NCBI GenBank assembly: GCA_965204205.1
Contig: OZ241976.1
Location: 1,738,755 to 1,802,754 of the forward strand
Source: an uncultured Candidatus Binatia bacterium
GTDB taxonomy: Bacteria; Desulfobacterota; Binatia; UBA9968; JAJDTQ01
Length of the DNA: 64,000 nt
Direction of reading: 5' to 3'
Position 1 is the stretch's first letter. The number at the start of each line of letters is the position of its first letter. Position numbers and translations under genes: made by a program. Shown one piece after another: positions 8,537 through 18,375 of this stretch. Under the pieces are notes generated by a model that did not search any database, had not been told where the DNA came from, and saw nothing but the letters and a program-made list of their open reading frames with translations.

Positions 8537-10270
8537 ATGAGCGACAAGAAGATTCTGAGCCGGGACAAACGGCGCTACCTGTTGCCGTCGGAGCGCGAGC
8601 TCGGGGCGGAAACCCACAGCTATCTGCCCGAGCTATGCGATCAGCTCCGCACCAAGAAAATCAACCGGCGGGACTTTTTGCGCCAAGCGGCGCTCTTGGG
8701 CATGACCGCGGGCGTAGCCTACGCCACCGCCGACAAGCTCATCGGCGGCGCTTTCGTGCCGTCCGTGCAGGCGGCCACGCCGAAACCCGGCGGGACGCTG
8801 CGGGTCTCCATGCGGATCCAGCAGGTGACCGACCCGGCGAGCTTCGACTGGACCGAGAAGTCCAACGTCGCGCGCTTCCTGGTGGAGCACCTGACCCGCA
8901 CCAAGGCGGACAACGTCACCGTTCCCTATCTCGCCGAGAAGTGGGAGGCCACCGACGACCTCAAGACCTGGGTGTTCCATCTGCGGAAGGACGTAACCTG
9001 GTCCAACGGCGACAAGTTCAACTCCGCCGATGTGGCCCACACGGTCAACCGCTGGCTCGACCCCAAGACCGGTTCCTCGAACCTCGGCCTGTTCAGCGCC
9101 ATGGTGGAGACCGTGAAAGGCCCGGACGGAAAGCCCATGAAGCGCGGCATCGCCAACGCGGTCGAGGTCATCGACGACCACACCATCCAGTTCAACCTCA
9201 AGCAGGCCGCCCTGGCCATGCCGGAGAACTTCTACAACTATCCCGCCGCCATCGTGCACCGGGGCTTCGGCAAGGACTACGCGGCCGACCTCTCCAAGAA
9301 CCCCATCGGCACCGGCCCGATGAAGCTGGAGGCGTTCGCGGTGGGCGAGAGGGCCATCCTCAAGAAGGCGCGGGAATGGTGGGCCGGACCGTTCCACCTG
9401 GACGAGATCCACTATTTTGACCACGGCGAGGACACCAACGCCTGGATCGCGGCGCTGGCGTCACAGCAGGTGGACATGGTCTACCGCCTTCCCAACGACG
9501 CCATCGACACCGTGAAACGGCTGCCCTTCGTGGACCTTCACGAAGCCACCACGGCGCAGACCGCGGTCATGCGCTTCCGCATTACCGAGAAGCCCTTCGA
9601 CAACCTCAAGCTGCGCCAGGCCATCGCCGCCTGCATGGACCACAAGGAGATCCTGGACAAGGCGTTCAAGGGACTCGGCCAGGTTGCCGAGAACCACCAC
9701 GTCTGCCCGATCCATCCGGACTACGCCGCGCTGCCGCCGCTCAAGCGGGACGTGGAAAAGGCCAAGAAGCTGCTGGCGGAGGCGGGCTACAAGGACGGCA
9801 TCACCGTCGAGATCGCCAACGGCGATACCGAAGGTCGGTGGATGACCGATGTGTGCGCGATATACAAGAACCAGCTCGCGCCCGCGGGCATCAACCTGAA
9901 GATCAACAAGATGCCGGCCAACCAGTACTGGGAGGTCTGGGACAAGGCGCCCTGGGGCTACACCGCTTGGACGCACCGTCCTCTCGGCACCATGGTGCTG
10001 GGTCTCGGTTACCGCTCCGGCGTGCCCTGGAACGAGACCGCCTACAACAACCCCAAGTTCGACGCTGCCCTCGACGACGCCGAGGCCACTCTCGACGTCA
10101 ACGAACGCAAGAAGAAGATGGCCGTCTGCGAGAAGATTCTCCAGGACGACGCCATCATCCCGCAGCCCTTCTGGCGGTCGGTCTTCAAGGCGGCGAACAA
10201 GCGGGTCAAGGGCCATCAGACCCATCCGACGCTGTATCATCAGTTCCATAACGTGTGGCTGGAAGGTTAG
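8537..10270 (+). CDS. ABC transporter substrate-binding protein, family 5 (DppA/OppA-like), Tat-secreted
   Basis: Twin-arginine signal RRDFLRQAALLGMTAGVAYA and an SBP_bac_5 fold. RBS GGAGG lies 8 nt upstream of the ATG at 8537. The longer ORF-track start at 8435 was rejected. Confidence 0.9.
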   Translation: MSDKKILSRDKRRYLLPSERELGAETHSYLPELCDQLRTKKINRRDFLRQAALLGMTAGVAYATADKLIGGAFVPSVQAATPKPGGTLRVSMRIQQVTDPASFDWTEKSNVARFLVEHLTRTKADNVTVPYLAEKWEATDDLKTWVFHLRKDVTWSNGDKFNSADVAHTVNRWLDPKTGSSNLGLFSAMVETVKGPDGKPMKRGIANAVEVIDDHTIQFNLKQAALAMPENFYNYPAAIVHRGFGKDYAADLSKNPIGTGPMKLEAFAVGERAILKKAREWWAGPFHLDEIHYFDHGEDTNAWIAALASQQVDMVYRLPNDAIDTVKRLPFVDLHEATTAQTAVMRFRITEKPFDNLKLRQAIAACMDHKEILDKAFKGLGQVAENHHVCPIHPDYAALPPLKRDVEKAKKLLAEAGYKDGITVEIANGDTEGRWMTDVCAIYKNQLAPAGINLKINKMPANQYWEVWDKAPWGYTAWTHRPLGTMVLGLGYRSGVPWNETAYNNPKFDAALDDAEATLDVNERKKKMAVCEKILQDDAIIPQPFWRSVFKAANKRVKGHQTHPTLYHQFHNVWLEG

Positions 10271-10281
10271 GAGCCTACGTT

Positions 10282-10316
10282 GCGGTGAACCCTGTAGGGG
10301 CGACCGGCCGGTGGCC
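10282..10316. repeat. REP-like hairpin between the SBP and permease genes
   Basis: CCTGTAGGGGC-(12 nt)-GCCCCTACAGG, an 11-bp perfect stem. This is the classic intra-operon position for a differential-stability element. Confidence 0.45.
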
Positions 10317-10378
10317 CCTACAGGCACCCTCCGCTTGTCCGGGTGCGCGTCCGCAACCAGGAAGCACGGGAGACTGAC

Positions 10379-11311
10379 ATGCCACAACTGATTCTGCGCC
10401 GCGTCGGCATGATGATCCTCATCATGCTGACGGTGGCGCTGCTTTTATTCCTCATGAACGAGGGCGATCCGCGGCTCATCGCCCGCAGCGTCCTGGGACC
10501 CTATGCCCAGGACCAGCAGCTTGATGCCTGGATCGTCCAGCATGGCTACGACCGCCCGATCCTGGTGCGTTACGTCGAATGGATCGGACGGGTGCTGTCC
10601 GGCGACCTCGGCGATTCCATCATCTACAAGCGCCCGGTCAACGAGATCTTCTGGGACCGCCTCGGCAATACCGGCATCCTCGCCGGCGTCACCTTCGTGG
10701 TCATGGTCGTCGTCGCTCTGACCCTGGGCGTCCTGGCCGGCATGAAGGAGGGCTCCGCCCAGGACCGGGTAATCTCGGTCTTCTCCATCACCACGACCTC
10801 CATACCGGAATATGCCAGCGCGGTGCTGCTGGCCTGGATCTTCGTCTTCGGGCTCGGCTGGCTCCCGGGCACCTCGTCCATGGTGACGGGGTTCAACGTG
10901 GTGGAGCTGATCCTGCCGGTGATGGTGTTGACCCTGTACGGTTTCGGCTACGTGGCGCGGATGACCCGGGCCTCCATGGCGGAAGTGATGACCAACCACT
11001 ACATCCGCACCGCCATGCTCAAGGGGCTGCCGTACCGCCACATCATCATGAAGCACGCGCTCCGCAACGCGCTGATCGCTCCGTTCACGGTCATCATGCT
11101 GCAGATCAACTGGCTCTTGTCCGGGGTGGTGGTGACCGAGTTCGCCTTCGGCTACAAGGGGTTCGGCGCGCTGCTGCTGGAGGCGGCGCTGCGCCGGGAC
11201 ATCTTCGTGATCGAGGCCTGCGGCACGGCGGCGGTGTTCGTGGCAGTCTTCACCCAGACCATCGGCGACGTCGGGTACACCTACCTGAACCCGAGAATCC
11301 GGTTCAAGTGA
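10379..11311 (+). CDS. ABC transporter permease (DppB/OppB-like)
   Basis: Multi-TM protein with a BPD_transp_1 signature. Start moved to MPQLILRR. Confidence 0.85.
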   Translation: MPQLILRRVGMMILIMLTVALLLFLMNEGDPRLIARSVLGPYAQDQQLDAWIVQHGYDRPILVRYVEWIGRVLSGDLGDSIIYKRPVNEIFWDRLGNTGILAGVTFVVMVVVALTLGVLAGMKEGSAQDRVISVFSITTTSIPEYASAVLLAWIFVFGLGWLPGTSSMVTGFNVVELILPVMVLTLYGFGYVARMTRASMAEVMTNHYIRTAMLKGLPYRHIIMKHALRNALIAPFTVIMLQINWLLSGVVVTEFAFGYKGFGALLLEAALRRDIFVIEACGTAAVFVAVFTQTIGDVGYTYLNPRIRFK

Positions 11312-11321
11312 GGAGGCGCAA

Positions 11322-12215
11322 ATGGCTACCGATACTGAAAGCGCACCTCTCGTAAGGCCGGATTCGACCATCGTCAACGCGGTCAAGGCCATGGCCCTCC
11401 TGCGGGAGAGCCCGGTGGGCATGGTGGGCGCGTTGATCGTCGTCTTCTTCGTCCTGTTGGCGATCTTCGCACCCCTGGTGTCGCCCTACGACCCCAACGC
11501 GACGATCCTGCCTTTTGCCTTCCCGGGCACGGCGGCCCCGGACGGCGGACTGTTCCTGTTCGGCACCGACCACCTGGGGCGCGACATCCTTTCGCGCATC
11601 ATCTGGGGCGGTCAACGGGTATTGTTCTACGCCACCCTGGCCACCGTTTCCGCCTATATCGTCGGAATCGTCATGGGTCTGGCGGCCGGCTATTTCCGCG
11701 GCTACCTCGACGAGATCATTTCGTTCTTCGCCAACGTGATTCTCTCCTTTCCGATCATGGTCCTGTACGTGCTGATCATCGCCAAGGTCGGTGCCTCCGG
11801 GCTCAACATCGTCTTCGCGGTCGTGTTCGCGTCCGCACCGGGCATCATGCGCATCGTGCGCGGCGTCACCATGGACATCGCCACCCGGGACTACATCGCC
11901 GCCTCCCAGACCCGCGGCGAGGGTCCCTGGTACATCATGCTGGTGGAGATCCTGCCCAACGCCCGCAGCCCGCTGATCGTCGATTTCTGCCTGCGCATGG
12001 GCTACACGACCATCACCATCGGGGCGCTGGGGTTCCTGGGCCTCGGGCTGCCCCCGCCGGATCCCGACTGGGGCGGCATGATCACCGAGACCCGCGCCTT
12101 CGTGACCGGCGGCTTCCCGCACATGGCGATCCTTCCCGCGTGCGCGGTTTCCTTGTTGGTGCTGGGTTTCAACCTGCTGGCCGACGGGCTGCGGGAAGTG
12201 TCTCTGAAGGACTAG
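11322..12215 (+). CDS. ABC transporter permease (DppC/OppC-like)
   Basis: 297-aa multi-TM permease following DppB-like. Confidence 0.85.
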   Translation: MATDTESAPLVRPDSTIVNAVKAMALLRESPVGMVGALIVVFFVLLAIFAPLVSPYDPNATILPFAFPGTAAPDGGLFLFGTDHLGRDILSRIIWGGQRVLFYATLATVSAYIVGIVMGLAAGYFRGYLDEIISFFANVILSFPIMVLYVLIIAKVGASGLNIVFAVVFASAPGIMRIVRGVTMDIATRDYIAASQTRGEGPWYIMLVEILPNARSPLIVDFCLRMGYTTITIGALGFLGLGLPPPDPDWGGMITETRAFVTGGFPHMAILPACAVSLLVLGFNLLADGLREVSLKD

Positions 12216-12225
12216 GAGAAACGTC

Positions 12226-14349
12226 ATGGCCGAATATAGCGAAGAGGCGCCGGTCCTCGAGATTTCCGGTCTCCGGCTCAGTTACTACACCCGGGCCGGC
12301 GAAATTCCCGCGGTAATGGACTTCGATCTCACCATACGGAAGGGCGAATCCGTCGGTCTGGTGGGCGAGTCCGGGTGCGGCAAATCCACCGTGGCCAACG
12401 GAATCATGCGCTACATGGGCAAGAACGGCGGCATCGTCGGCGGCACCATCAAGTTCAAGGGCCGGGACATGGCGGAGCTGAGCGAGGAGGAGATCCGGCG
12501 GGTCCGCGGCAAGGACATCGCCATGATCTACCAGGAGCCCATGGCCGCGCTCAATCCGAGCCTGACCATCGCCGCGCAGCTCATGGAAGTGCCTATGATC
12601 CACGAGGGGGTGAGTCAGGAAGAAGCCTTCCAGCGCGCCTTCGACATGCTGGCGGCGGTGAACATCCCAGACCCGAAACGCCTCATGGACTCCTACCCGC
12701 ACCAGGTCTCCGGCGGCCAGCAACAGCGCGTGGTGATCGCCATGGCGCTGCTTTCGCGGCCGGCGCTGCTGTTGCTGGACGAGCCCACCACGGCCCTGGA
12801 CGTCACGGTGGAGGCGGGGATCGTGGAGCTGATCGCCGAGTTGAGCAAGGAGTCCGGCGCGTCATTGCTGTACATCTCCCACAACCTCGGCCTGATGCTC
12901 GAAGTCTGTGACCGCATCTGCGTGATGTACTCGGGCGAGGTGGTGGAGGAAGGCCACATCGACTCCATCTTCTCCTGGCCCAAGCACCCCTACACCCACG
13001 GGCTGTTCGGCTGCATCCCGCTGCCCCACGCCGACAAGAATGCTCGCCCGCTCGCGGCCATCAAGGGGCAATTGCCGCTACCGCACCAGCGCCCCAAGGG
13101 TTGCTATTTCGGCCCGCGTTGCGAGTTCTTCGAGCCCGGCCGTTGCGACAACGACCATATTCCGATGGAGGGGGTGCACACCGATGACGATCCCGCGCAC
13201 CGGGTGCGTTGCCTGCGTTGGAACGAGATCGACCACGACGCCGCGGTAAGCAGCGACACCATCCGCGAGCCCATCGAGGTGGGTGATACGGTTCTCGAAG
13301 TCGACAACATGCGCAAGTACTACGACGTCAAGGAGAGCACGCTGGCGGCGCTCATCTCTCAGGAATCGGTGCGCCAGGTCAAGGCCAACGAAAGCATCAG
13401 CTTCGACGCCGGAGAAGGGGAGACCGTGGCCATCGTCGGCGAGTCGGGCTGCGGCAAGTCCACCTTCGCCAAGGTGCTGATGGGCCTGGAAACCGCCACC
13501 GACGGCGAGGTGCGCCTCGACGGCACCGACCTCGGCAGCATCGAGGTCAAGAAGCGCACCCCGGAGCAACTCGCGTCCTTGCAGATGGTGTTCCAGAACC
13601 CCAACGACACCCTCAACCCGTCCCACTCCGTCGGCTACCAGATCGGGCGGGTCATCAAGCGGTTCGGCATCGAGTCCGATCCGGCCAAGATCCAGGACCG
13701 GGTCCACAAGCTGCTGGACACGGTCAAGCTGCCGCGCGCCTTCGCCCACCGCAAGCCGCGCCAGCTCTCGGGCGGACAGAAACAAAGGGTGGGCATCGCC
13801 CGCGCCTTCGCCGGCAACCCCAAGACCGTCATCGCCGACGAACCCATCTCCGCGCTGGACGTGTCGGTGGCGGCGGCGGTGACCGAGCTGCTGATGGACA
13901 TCCAGCGCGAGCACCGCACCACGCTGCTGTTCATCAGCCACGACCTGTCCGCGGTGCGCTACCTCTCCGACCGCGTGGTGGTCATGTACCTCGGACAGAT
14001 CATGGAGCGGGGGACCACCGAGGAAGTATTCGCGCCGCCCTATCATCCCTATACGGAAGCGCTGCTCTCGGCGGTGCCCATCGCCGACCCGGAAGTGGAG
14101 AAACGCCGCATCGTGCTGGAAGGGAACCTGCCGAGCCCGTTGGACCCACCCAAGGGCTGCCCGTTCTCCACCCGCTGCCAGCGAAAGGTCGGCGACATCT
14201 GCGACAACGAGCCGCCCCCGGTACGGCTCGACACCGAGGGGCATTCCATCGCCTGCCACATCCCGCTGGAGGAGCTGCGCGAGGTGGAGCCGGTGATCAC
14301 CATCCCGGACCGGGATCTGGGCGGCGAGGGCAAACCCGCGGTGGTTTGA
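12226..14349 (+). CDS. Fused ABC transporter ATP-binding protein (DppD-DppF-like, two NBDs)
   Basis: Two Walker A motifs (GESGCGKST twice), two LSGGQ(Q/K)QR signatures and C-terminal oligopeptide-ATPase Cys motifs. Confidence 0.9.
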   Translation: MAEYSEEAPVLEISGLRLSYYTRAGEIPAVMDFDLTIRKGESVGLVGESGCGKSTVANGIMRYMGKNGGIVGGTIKFKGRDMAELSEEEIRRVRGKDIAMIYQEPMAALNPSLTIAAQLMEVPMIHEGVSQEEAFQRAFDMLAAVNIPDPKRLMDSYPHQVSGGQQQRVVIAMALLSRPALLLLDEPTTALDVTVEAGIVELIAELSKESGASLLYISHNLGLMLEVCDRICVMYSGEVVEEGHIDSIFSWPKHPYTHGLFGCIPLPHADKNARPLAAIKGQLPLPHQRPKGCYFGPRCEFFEPGRCDNDHIPMEGVHTDDDPAHRVRCLRWNEIDHDAAVSSDTIREPIEVGDTVLEVDNMRKYYDVKESTLAALISQESVRQVKANESISFDAGEGETVAIVGESGCGKSTFAKVLMGLETATDGEVRLDGTDLGSIEVKKRTPEQLASLQMVFQNPNDTLNPSHSVGYQIGRVIKRFGIESDPAKIQDRVHKLLDTVKLPRAFAHRKPRQLSGGQKQRVGIARAFAGNPKTVIADEPISALDVSVAAAVTELLMDIQREHRTTLLFISHDLSAVRYLSDRVVVMYLGQIMERGTTEEVFAPPYHPYTEALLSAVPIADPEVEKRRIVLEGNLPSPLDPPKGCPFSTRCQRKVGDICDNEPPPVRLDTEGHSIACHIPLEELREVEPVITIPDRDLGGEGKPAVV

Positions 14350-14500
14350 AGCACCACGGGCGCCTTGGCGAAGCGGGGCAAGCCGGACGCGCCTCCGGCG
14401 GTTGATCTCCCGGCGGCCGGCAATGTTTTGCATCCGGGAGCGAAGGTGGTAGTTTTGCCGTTGGAACCAGTGCGCCAAAATTCCATCAAGGGAGAAGAAC

Positions 14501-15523
14501 ATGGGGAAGATCGACGCGACCGTTAAGGTAATCGACGCGGACGCCCACGCCCGGGACAACGACGACTTGGTGAAGCCGTTCCTGGGGGAGGCATTCCAGA
14601 ACCGGCGGCCACCGTTCATTCCACGGGAAACCTACGACCGCAACCTCGGCGGAACCCTCGGGCATGCGGGCATCAAGCACGAGGAACGCCTTGCCGCCAT
14701 GGACACGCAGGAAATCCACACCGCGGTCATGTACCCGACCAGCGGTCTGGGCATCGGCCGCATCCGCGAGCCCGGCTACCAGACACAATTGTGCCGCGCT
14801 TACAACGAGTTCATCGCCGACTACTGCAAGGTCTCCCCGCGTCTCAAGGCGGTGGCGAACCTGCCCGTCAATGCTCCGGACACGGCCGCCGAGGAGTTGC
14901 GGTACGCGGTGGCCGAGCTGGGTTTGGTCGGCGGCATGCTGGCGGCCCAGGGCCACGGCAAAAACTTCGGCTCGTCCGAGTACTTCCCGCTCTACGAAGA
15001 GGCGCAGAAGCTCAATACTCCGCTGGCCATCCATGCCTTCGGCGGCGACGAGCCCGGCAGCGAGATCTTCGACCAGTTCATTTCCATCCACACCACCGGA
15101 CACCCGTTCCCGGTGCTCCGGCAGCTCACCGGCATGATCTTCGCCGGCGTCCCCGAGCTGTTCCCCGACCTGAAGCTCGGCTTTCTCGAGATCGGCTGCG
15201 GCTGGATCCCGTACTGGTCGGACCGCATGGACGAAGAGTGGGAGAAGCGCGGCGCGGTGGAGGCCCCGGAGTGCAAGAAGGAGCCCAGCCACTACATCAC
15301 CAGCAAGAACGTGTACTATGGCTGCGAGCCCGACGAGAAGACCATCGGCTACGTGGTGGGGGAAATCGGCTCCGAGACCATCATGTACGCGTCCGACTAC
15401 CCCCATTGGGACATGAGCTGGCCGGAATCCGGTTCGCTCATCTGGGCGCGGGACGACCTCTCGCTGGAAGCCAAGCAGAACATACTGGGGGACAACGCCC
15501 GGCGCTTCTACGGCCTCGACTGA
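14501..15523 (+). CDS. Amidohydrolase-2 family metal-dependent hydrolase/decarboxylase (ACMSD-like)
   Basis: 340 aa with an N-terminal DADAH metal motif and amidohydrolase_2 fold similarity. RBS GGGAGAAG precedes it. Confidence 0.85.
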   Translation: MGKIDATVKVIDADAHARDNDDLVKPFLGEAFQNRRPPFIPRETYDRNLGGTLGHAGIKHEERLAAMDTQEIHTAVMYPTSGLGIGRIREPGYQTQLCRAYNEFIADYCKVSPRLKAVANLPVNAPDTAAEELRYAVAELGLVGGMLAAQGHGKNFGSSEYFPLYEEAQKLNTPLAIHAFGGDEPGSEIFDQFISIHTTGHPFPVLRQLTGMIFAGVPELFPDLKLGFLEIGCGWIPYWSDRMDEEWEKRGAVEAPECKKEPSHYITSKNVYYGCEPDEKTIGYVVGEIGSETIMYASDYPHWDMSWPESGSLIWARDDLSLEAKQNILGDNARRFYGLD

Positions 15524-15665
15524 AAGCAGCCGACCGGTTGCGATCCGTCCGGCTTTCAAGTAACTAACTGACTTCGTTGAAGGAATCCTTCAGTTGCCGA
15601 CGCCACGCGGCGCCGGCAACGGTCGCCTTCGGCGTAAATTCCACGTGATTCAGGGAGCACATTCG

Positions 15666-16415
15666 ATGGCTTTATCCGGTGACGCCTTTGTTCAGGAAAT
15701 CCAGGACGCGGTCCGCTCAAAGCACTCCAAGGACAACCCTATCATCGGGATGATCGAGAGGGGCGAGATCGACCGGGAGGCGCTCAAGGGGTTCGTCGGC
15801 CAGTTCTATCTCTTCTTCCCCAAGCCCTTCCCGAAGCCCATCGCCGCCATGCTCGGACGTTGCCCCGACGACCCGGAGCTGGAAAGGATGTGGATCGAGA
15901 ACGTGGTGGAGGAGGGCACCGGCGAGATCTCCGGCACCGACAGCCACCGGGGCCTCTTCATCCGCTTCGCCATGGCCTGCGGCTTCGAGTCCAAGGCCGA
16001 GCTGGACGCGGTCCAGCCGTTGCCCGAGACGTCCGCGTTCCTCGACTGGAGAGAGCTGCTGATGTATCAGCGTTCATGGCTCGAGCTTTTCGCATGCCAG
16101 GGTTTTTGCCTCGAAGGAACCGCCAGCGAGCGCATGGCCCGCATCGTCACCGGCCTGACCACCCACTACGGCTTTGACCGAGAGAGCGAGGACATCCGCT
16201 ACTGGACCCTGCACATGGGGGTTGACGAGGAGCACATGAAGGTAGGTCCGGAGGCGGTGCGGAAATACGCCGTCACCGAGCAACAACAGGAAACGGTACG
16301 CCAGTCCGTGCACAAGACCCTGGACCAGTTCTGGCTGGCCTTCGACGGCATCAAGCGGGCGTACGTGGACAAGGATCCGATTTACGCCGCCTGGCGCAAC
16401 GGGGCTTCGGCTTGA
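15666..16415 (+). CDS. TenA/PqqC/CADD-family heme-oxygenase-like protein with a putative diiron ligand set
   Basis: Start at MALSGDAF with RBS GGGAG. Candidate ligands are E-x6-H (GEISGTDSH), a Glu in CLEG about 56 aa later, and H-x3-D-x2-H (HMGVDEEH). This matches CADD-like spacing. Confidence 0.7.
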   Translation: MALSGDAFVQEIQDAVRSKHSKDNPIIGMIERGEIDREALKGFVGQFYLFFPKPFPKPIAAMLGRCPDDPELERMWIENVVEEGTGEISGTDSHRGLFIRFAMACGFESKAELDAVQPLPETSAFLDWRELLMYQRSWLELFACQGFCLEGTASERMARIVTGLTTHYGFDRESEDIRYWTLHMGVDEEHMKVGPEAVRKYAVTEQQQETVRQSVHKTLDQFWLAFDGIKRAYVDKDPIYAAWRNGASA

Positions 16416-16442
16416 CGCTCCGGACGCTTTAGGAACACGACC

Positions 16443-17093
16443 ATGGCCATGATCGATCTTTCGCGGATCATCTACGACGGCATGCCCAAGATCCCGGTGC
16501 TCCCGGACGTGCACGTGCAACGGTTCTTCGACCTCGGGAAGGGCCATCCGCTCAACGTCACCGAGATCAACCTGCCGTGCCACGCCGGCACCCACGTGGA
16601 CGCGCCGGTCCACATCGTCCCCGACGGGAAATCCATCGAGGAACTGGACCTCGATGCATTCGTCGGACCGGGTGCGGTCATCTCGGTGGAGAAGGGCGGT
16701 GGAGAGGAAGTCACCGCGGCGGATCTCGAAGGCTCCGGAGTCCCGGTCGACCGGGGCGATATCCTCATGCTGCACACGGGATGGGACGAGAAATTCGAAA
16801 GCGAAGAATACAATCTGCACCCCTATCTCTCCGTCGATGCGGCCGAATGGATGGTCGAGCGCGGGGTGAAGCTGTTCGGCATCGACTGCATCACGGTGGA
16901 CCTGCCGACACCATTGCGACCCAAGGGGTTCGACTTCCCGGTGCACCGGACGCTGCTCGGAAACGACGTCCTGATCGCGGAGAACGTAACCAACCTCGCT
17001 GCCATCGCGGGCCGGAAGAGCCGCATCATGGCGTTGCCCCTCAAGGTGCAGGGCAGTGACGCGGCCCATGCGAGAATCGTCGCGGAGGTCTAG
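16443..17093 (+). CDS. Cyclase-family protein (kynurenine formamidase-like metal hydrolase)
   Basis: 216 aa with putative cyclase / KynB fold similarity and an HxGTHxDxPxH-like motif (CHAGTHVDAPVH). Confidence 0.85.
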   Translation: MAMIDLSRIIYDGMPKIPVLPDVHVQRFFDLGKGHPLNVTEINLPCHAGTHVDAPVHIVPDGKSIEELDLDAFVGPGAVISVEKGGGEEVTAADLEGSGVPVDRGDILMLHTGWDEKFESEEYNLHPYLSVDAAEWMVERGVKLFGIDCITVDLPTPLRPKGFDFPVHRTLLGNDVLIAENVTNLAAIAGRKSRIMALPLKVQGSDAAHARIVAEV

Positions 17094-17169
17094 GCAAAAT
17101 TTGAGACGACTTCTCCCGGAAAGACGGCAACTTCCTGTGATTGTTATCAAATCCGAATCGAGGTGATGG

Positions 17170-18135
17170 ATGCTGGCAAGCCCCATCAGAGGAATCATCG
17201 GAGCCGCGCTGACCCCGTTCACGGACGACGGCAAGGTGGACTACGACGCCCTGGCGCGCGAGATCGAATTTCTCGTAGCGGATTGCGACGCCATCTCCGT
17301 GGTCGCCGTCGAGGCCTCCGAGTACACGGTGCTGTCCCTCCAGGAGCGCAAGGAAGTGATGCGCCACGCCACCGAGATCGTCAACAAGCGCGTGCCGGTC
17401 ATTCTCGGAGCGTCGAGCCATTCCATCGAGACGGTTCTCGACCTGTCGGACCACGCGGCCGCGGTGGGTGGCGACCTGATCCAGGTGCTGATGCCGATCC
17501 GCCCGTGGGGCGGCCAGCCGACCATCGCGGACCTGGTGCAGTTTTTCACCGAAGTGGCCTCGGTCAGCCCGCTGCCCATCGTCGCCTACCACAACCCCGG
17601 TCCGGGCGCCGACCCGCCGCTGGACGCCTTCGTGCGGCTTAGCGAGCTCGAGAAGGTCGACTACTTCAAGGAGAGCTCGCGCGACATCACCAAGATCACG
17701 CGCCTCATCGAGCAGATTCACCTGGCCGGCAAGGCCAACTACTTCACCACCATGCAGCCGCTGCTGACGACCCTCATGATGGGGGGCGCCGGCGCCACCA
17801 TGCCGCCGCCGGGAACGCGCATCGGCGCCAGGGTGGTGCGCGCTTTCCGGGAGGGTGACATCGACAGGGCGCGCTACTGGCAGCGCTGTTTCACGCTGTT
17901 TCCGGGAAAGTGGGGCGCCTACGGCCTGCCGCCGATCATGAAATCCGCCCTCAAGCACTTCGGTGTCGACATCGGCGACCCGGCCCGGCCTTACGCGCCG
18001 GTGAGTCCCCGGGACCATGCCCAGATCGGACAGTTCCTGACCCAGATCGGCATCCTGGGAGACGGCGAGCCGGATGAGGCGGCTTTTGACGAGGCGGCGG
18101 TCCAGCTCGCCCAGGACGACACCTTCCTCCGGTAA
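17170..18135 (+). CDS. Dihydrodipicolinate synthase/N-acetylneuraminate lyase family (class I aldolase)
   Basis: 321 aa with DapA-family similarity. RBS GAGGTGA precedes it. Confidence 0.85.
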   Translation: MLASPIRGIIGAALTPFTDDGKVDYDALAREIEFLVADCDAISVVAVEASEYTVLSLQERKEVMRHATEIVNKRVPVILGASSHSIETVLDLSDHAAAVGGDLIQVLMPIRPWGGQPTIADLVQFFTEVASVSPLPIVAYHNPGPGADPPLDAFVRLSELEKVDYFKESSRDITKITRLIEQIHLAGKANYFTTMQPLLTTLMMGGAGATMPPPGTRIGARVVRAFREGDIDRARYWQRCFTLFPGKWGAYGLPPIMKSALKHFGVDIGDPARPYAPVSPRDHAQIGQFLTQIGILGDGEPDEAAFDEAAVQLAQDDTFLR

Positions 18136-18141
18136 GGAGCC

Positions 18142-18348
18142 ATGTCCGGCGGCCTCTTCACGTGGATCGCGGAGCAGATCAAGGCCTGCTCCGATTTTCT
18201 GGTGCTGCTCCTGATCCGCGGCACCTCGCGGTTCGAATCGGAGCTGACCGACGAAGGACGGCAGGAACAGCGCATGTGGCGGGACCGGCGCATGCGTAGC
18301 CTCAAGGGGCTCGCCCTGCGCGCCAGGCGGCGGCAGAAGGCGTCCTGA
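18142..18348 (+). CDS. Small hypothetical protein (68 aa; hydrophobic N-terminal half, Arg-rich C-terminus)
   Basis: RBS AAGGAG lies 4 nt upstream of the ATG. GC3 bias matches the neighbouring genes, and the ORF is tightly packed between the aldolase and SQR genes. Confidence 0.45.
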   Translation: MSGGLFTWIAEQIKACSDFLVLLLIRGTSRFESELTDEGRQEQRMWRDRRMRSLKGLALRARRRQKAS

Positions 18349-18375
18349 CGACCGCGACCATCGCACGGGAACAGG

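Noticed and set aside
6140-8540. Multiple 456-705-aa ORFs on both strands inside the XDH-family gene (6140-7510, 6423-8540, 6661-8493)
   Set aside because: Pro/Arg/Gly-rich alternate-frame translations typical of GC-rich DNA. They have no domain signatures.
15594-15665. Upstream start (MPTPRGAGNG...) for the CADD-like gene
   Set aside because: No RBS, and Arg/Gly-rich. The ATG at 15666 has GGGAG 8 nt upstream.
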